NCBI GenBank assembly: GCA_028534125.1 | Contig: CM052832.1 | Location: forward strand, 10,604,001 to 10,668,000 | Source: Lama glama | Lineage: Eukaryota | Reading direction: 5' to 3' | Length of the DNA stretch: 64,000 bases | In this document: in pieces, positions 59,870 to 64,000 of the stretch | Layout of the letters: each line of letters opens with the position of its first letter | How positions within the stretch are numbered: the first letter of the stretch is position 1 | Translations under genes and position numbers: made by a program | The notes under the pieces: generated by a model | The model's input: only the letters and a program-made list of their open reading frames with translations | The model's database searches: none | What the model was told of the DNA's origin: nothing

Positions 59870-61744
59870 AGCGGGTGCCTTTGCCTGCACAATGGAGGCT
59901 TAACAGCCAATTTCTAGGGGCATCTTCACTTCCAAGTGGTGACAGAAATAGACTGGGTTTCTTTTCAGAGCTTTCTCTAGCTGGTTAATACAATATGTGG
60001 GTGTGATGGCAGGACCAGAAGGCCCCATTCTCACTGCTTCTCCAGTGGCTAAGTTCCTTCAGGCTTGGGGGCAGCAGATGCAGGCTCCAGCAAGCTCCAC
60101 CGCTGGCTGGAACCACAGGATCCTGGCAAAGTGGCCTGCTGTCCAGGTGGACCCCATTTCCCCTTGGGGATGTGAAATTGGAAATCTTGTCTCTTTTCAA
60201 GCCCTTCTTTCCTCCTCCCTTTGTACCACTCCCTTGGCACTCATTGGGCCAATTCTTAGTTGTTCGTACTCATCCAACTCCAGGAAGTCCCCCAGCACCC
60301 TTCACGTCTGAATATGAGATAGATATCCCTCCTCTGTCCCCTTAGGTGTCCTGTACTTCCCCAGTCCTAGCACTATGCCGCAATGCCTCTTTCTGCCTGG
60401 CCCTAACTACCACCTCCAGGAAGCCTTCTGTGATTGCTCCAGCCCAGCCTTACCCACAACACCCACCTCATTCATCATCTGTACCCTCCTCCACCTCTCA
60501 TCATATTTTCACTTTTAACTACTCTTTCTCTCTGTCACTGTCCTCATGCCCTGGCTGGACTGTCATCTTCCAGAGAGTAGGTTCTGTTTTCTCTAGTCCA
60601 ACTCCATTTATTTATTCACTCATTCATTCATTTATTCATCTATTCATTCTTCAAATGTTATTGAACTTCTTGTCTGCTATGAGCCAGACACTAGACTAGG
60701 CCCTGGGACCATGAAGGTGAAAAAGACTAACAGCTTTCTGCTTTGGGGCTCCTTGACTCCAGGTTAGCAGGTGGACAGGGGACGGCAGAGGTTCCTTAAA
60801 GCCTGAGTTTGGAGAGCAGGGTAGAGAGGCCTAAATGGGAAGGAAGTTCACCTGGAACCAGGAGAAAGTGAGCAGCCTGCGCGGGCCTCCCAGGCCTGCG
60901 GCAGCCGGCCTGCTTGCTCCAGCCCCCCCGGAGCTTGTCCTCATTGGAATTCCCTCCTCGTCCGTCCCAACTCTCTCACCAGGGCTCAGCGTGGGGAAAG
61001 CTGGGCTCCTGTTTTTCTAGTATCTGAAGTGGCTGCGCTTCCCTTGCTCTCATTTCTCAAACCCTCCAGCAAAGGTGCCTTCCTGGAAGTCCAAGAAGGG
61101 AATAATAGTGGATCCAGCTGTTCCTGGGAACTCCCTGAGCTGGCGGGGGGTGAGGGGGGCGGTGCAGGGAGGGCCAGCAGGGGAGAGGGTACTGTCAGCA
61201 TGGCCTGCCTACCACGCCATGTACCAGCCCCCCCACCCCCCGGCAGGCCTGGGCAGCAGTGGGAGCCATGCTCATGGGGAAGTTGTAGGAGACATGGATT
61301 CTACCCCCAGGCAGCCCCAAGCCAGCCATTAGCCGCCCTCAGCAGAGGCTTCAGTTTCCCCAGTTACAAAGTGAGGGTCACTGTAAAAGCTCCCTGGGTG
61401 GGGTCCCTTACAGCAGGCCCGCTCTCTGGCAGCCCATATAAACCCTGTCTGCAGAGAGCATTAAGGGGGCTGTCCCAGGTGCCCTTTCCCTAGCTCCTGA
61501 GCTCCCAGCACCATCTCATGGCCGCCTGGTGGCTGTGTGTCCCTGACATCAGGTTGAATCGCCTCCCTGATGAACATGTCCTGCTAGTGACACTGGGTGG
61601 AGGATCGCGCCACACTGAAGCAAGAGTCTGCTCAAAACATCCCTTACATAGACGGACACGCCACGTAATTGCTGAATTAAATTATAAGGAGGGGTGGAGG
61701 CACAAGTCAGTTATGTAGATTTGGGAGTGGTCTAGATTACATTT

Positions 61745-62101
61745 GTGACTTTCAAACTTATTTGGCTGGAATCTATAGTAAGAGATATAGTTTACATCAT
61801 GAATGACCTAGTAGATATATTTAACACATATAAACACCCAATGCATGTCTAATGGAAATTATAATGGAAACAAAGATATTATGAAACAATAGCCTTACTA
61901 AGACAATACCCTCTCCTATCCTATTCTATTCTAAGAGTTCAATTCAATTCTATTCTATTCTATTCCATTCCATTCCATTCTATCTGATCCTACCTTGTCC
62001 TGTCCTGTCCTGTCCTGTTCTATTAAACATGCTGGTCATAATCTACTGCATTGATTCCATCACCCACCAATGGACCATGAACTGCAATTTGATAAACACT
62101 G
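61745..62101. mobile_element. hAT-Charlie-type MER element with an expanded (TATTC)/(CATTC)/(CCTGT) pentamer tract inside
   Basis: Ends gtgactttcaaac... and ...tttgataaacactg; internal simple repeat at ~61915-62022. Confidence 0.6.
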
Positions 62102-63774
62102 ATCTGGAGTGATTGGAAAGATCTGTGTGATGGGTGTAGGGAGCTTCTGTCTGTTCCAATGTGTGTTAGTAAGAGCAGTTTTCCTCCTGGAGCATCTTCC
62201 GGCTGGCCGATCCAGACAGAAAACTTTCACCCAGCAGCAGGCCAGCAGCCGCAGGCCCGTTCCCTGCAGGAGTGAGGCATGCCCTCCCCCTGCCACCCCT
62301 GCCCCTGTGCTTCCCTGGTACTGCCCAGGTATTTCTGTGTATGTGAGCCTACCTGGCCTCACAAGGGCTCCCTGCCCAGGGATGGTGCCTGACACATCAC
62401 AGCATCCTGGCTTGGTCATGGAGGAGCCCATGAAGCCTGGAGTACGTGATCTCTGAAAGGTGGGAGGTGGCAGTGGCTGATGCTGCTGCCTGGAGCCTTG
62501 TCCCAGACTCAGTGGGAGAGGGCCTCCCAGACTGGATTCCATTTAGTCCATAAATACTTACTTAGCATTTTCTATGTTCTGTGCATAGTAATATATTAAG
62601 GCCACAGAAATGAAGAGATCTCTCAACAAATGTTTACTGAGCTTCCTCTGAGTGCGTGGCCCAGGGCTTCATCTCTGTGCAGAGATGAAGGAGGGGCAGT
62701 CTTGCTCCCCAAGAGCTGGTGTCTGGGGGAGGCATGTGCGGACAGATGGTTAAAACTGTGCTTGGTTTGGGGATGGCCAAGTCAGGACTGAGCCTGGGAA
62801 ACAGAAGAGGGAGGAAGGCTGGATCTTGTGCACTAGCTGCTCCCACATGGGTGGGGTTTGGAAGAATGGCAGAGAAGGAGAAATGAGGATTTGCGAACAA
62901 GACAAAAGAGCCTGTCTAGGATGGGGAGGGGGTCTGCAGGGTGGGAGGGGCGGAGTCAGTGCAGCTCCTTGTGGGGAGGGTGCTGGGCAGGGTGCTGGGC
63001 AGGGGTGGAGCAGGAGCAAGGGCAGGAGGAGCCCAGGGGAGGGGCAGGCTTGAGTCACATCCCTCCTGGCCCTCCGTGATTCCCTGCGAATCTCAGAGGC
63101 TGGAGGGCTTCTTGGTCAAAAAGGCAAGTAATTATAGGTGGGACCAAGTAACTCCTTCAGGTTCTCTTCCCTCTCTCCCCTCCCTCCACCCCTCTCCCAG
63201 CCAGTGCTAGGCTCCCAGAGGCTCCCATGCTCAGGCTGGGACAGTCCCAGCCACACCAGGGATTCCCAGGGTCTGAGGGTGTCCCATCCACTGCCTGATT
63301 CTTCTCTGTGCAGGATTTATAGTGGCGGGAGACATAAACTAAATTCGAGTAACGTGGCAACTAAATTCAAACAGTGGCATTGGGCAATAGACTGAGAGCT
63401 AGAAGCGTGGAAATGGCTTTACTTAGGAGCCCTGATTTACAGCATCATCAGGAGGCCTCGTGGTCCTGCTCGGCACAGGGGGAACATTTAGAGGCTGACC
63501 CCTCCCCACTGGCCAGCCAGCTCCCATTCTGCACTTGACAGATGAGGGGAACAGAGCAGCATGGCCTCACCTACCCATCCCCAGTTCCATCAGCAGCTTC
63601 ATCTCACCATCCCAAGATGCTTCTCTGCTGAGATCTGCACCCCAACATAGGCTGCCTGCCAAGCCCCCATTAATCTTCATTGTCTTCAGAAATCACTCCT
63701 GTGGGGCACATCCCTCGATGCTGGCACCCCCGTGGGGGCGTGCTGCTTGCACCCTGTGTCTCCCACACAGTTCA

Positions 63775-63945
63775 GGGTCAGGGTGAAGCCCGGCCTTTGG
63801 ACCCTGAGCTGCCTCTGAGCACTGAGGACCTGGAGCAGGTTACGTAGCGTCTCTGTGTCTCCGTTTCCTCACCTGCAGGATGTCGCCCACCTCATGGTGC
63901 GTTTTGTGGGGATTAAATGACAGGATGCAAGCACAGTGCTTGGGA
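63775..63945 (+). mobile_element. MIR SINE
   Basis: tctctgtgtctccgtttcctcacctgcagg...ggggattaaatga...agcacagtgct. Confidence 0.75.
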
Positions 63946-64000
63946 GAGCAGAGGAGGAGCTCTGAGTGATAGGACTAGGTGCTGCTGCCACTGCTAATAG

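Larger units (their letters stand above)
38846..64000 (+). other. LRFN2: Intron 1 (runs beyond the window; no downstream exon recognised)
   Basis: Follows the GTGAGT donor; repeat-rich; no LRR-coding ORF in the track. Confidence 0.65.

Noticed and set aside
1..64000. CRISPR arrays, operons or other prokaryotic-type systems
   Set aside because: The sequence is clearly mammalian (MIR, L2, L1, MaLR); no regularly spaced repeat-spacer array or gene-dense region was seen.

Overview
Mammalian, repeat-rich, essentially non-coding DNA. It is probably from a camelid: it carries one tRNA-derived Vic-1-like SINE, and I saw no Alu, Bov-A/B, PRE-1 or CAN SINEs. A large CpG island (~37.7-39.1 kb) holds a promoter and a non-coding first exon on the + strand that ends at a canonical CAG|GTGAGT donor (38845/38846). 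From memory this exon matches the 5'UTR of LRFN2 (SALM1); that was not checked by a search. If correct, the left 37 kb is upstream intergenic DNA and the right 25 kb is intron 1. No credible protein-coding exon was found: the ORF track reflects GC-rich sequence, microsatellites and decayed L1 ORF2. The rest is old mammalian repeats (L1M with nested LTRs, L2, MIR, LTR33/LTR16/MLT1, Tigger1-derived, MER2, MER5A, hAT-Blackjack); family names are by recall of consensus sequences. Most unusual structures: (1) a ~240-bp inverted duplication of apparently unique intronic sequence (57068-57309 / 58994-59234) with a perfect 137-bp inner core; (2) a SINE followed by ~150 bp of extra sequence and a second A-tail, a possible Pol III read-through 3' transduction; (3) four upstream ATGs in exon 1, including a TAG-ATG junction; (4) an orphan CpG island 11 kb upstream with TATA and octamer motifs that shares an exact 22-mer with intron 1.
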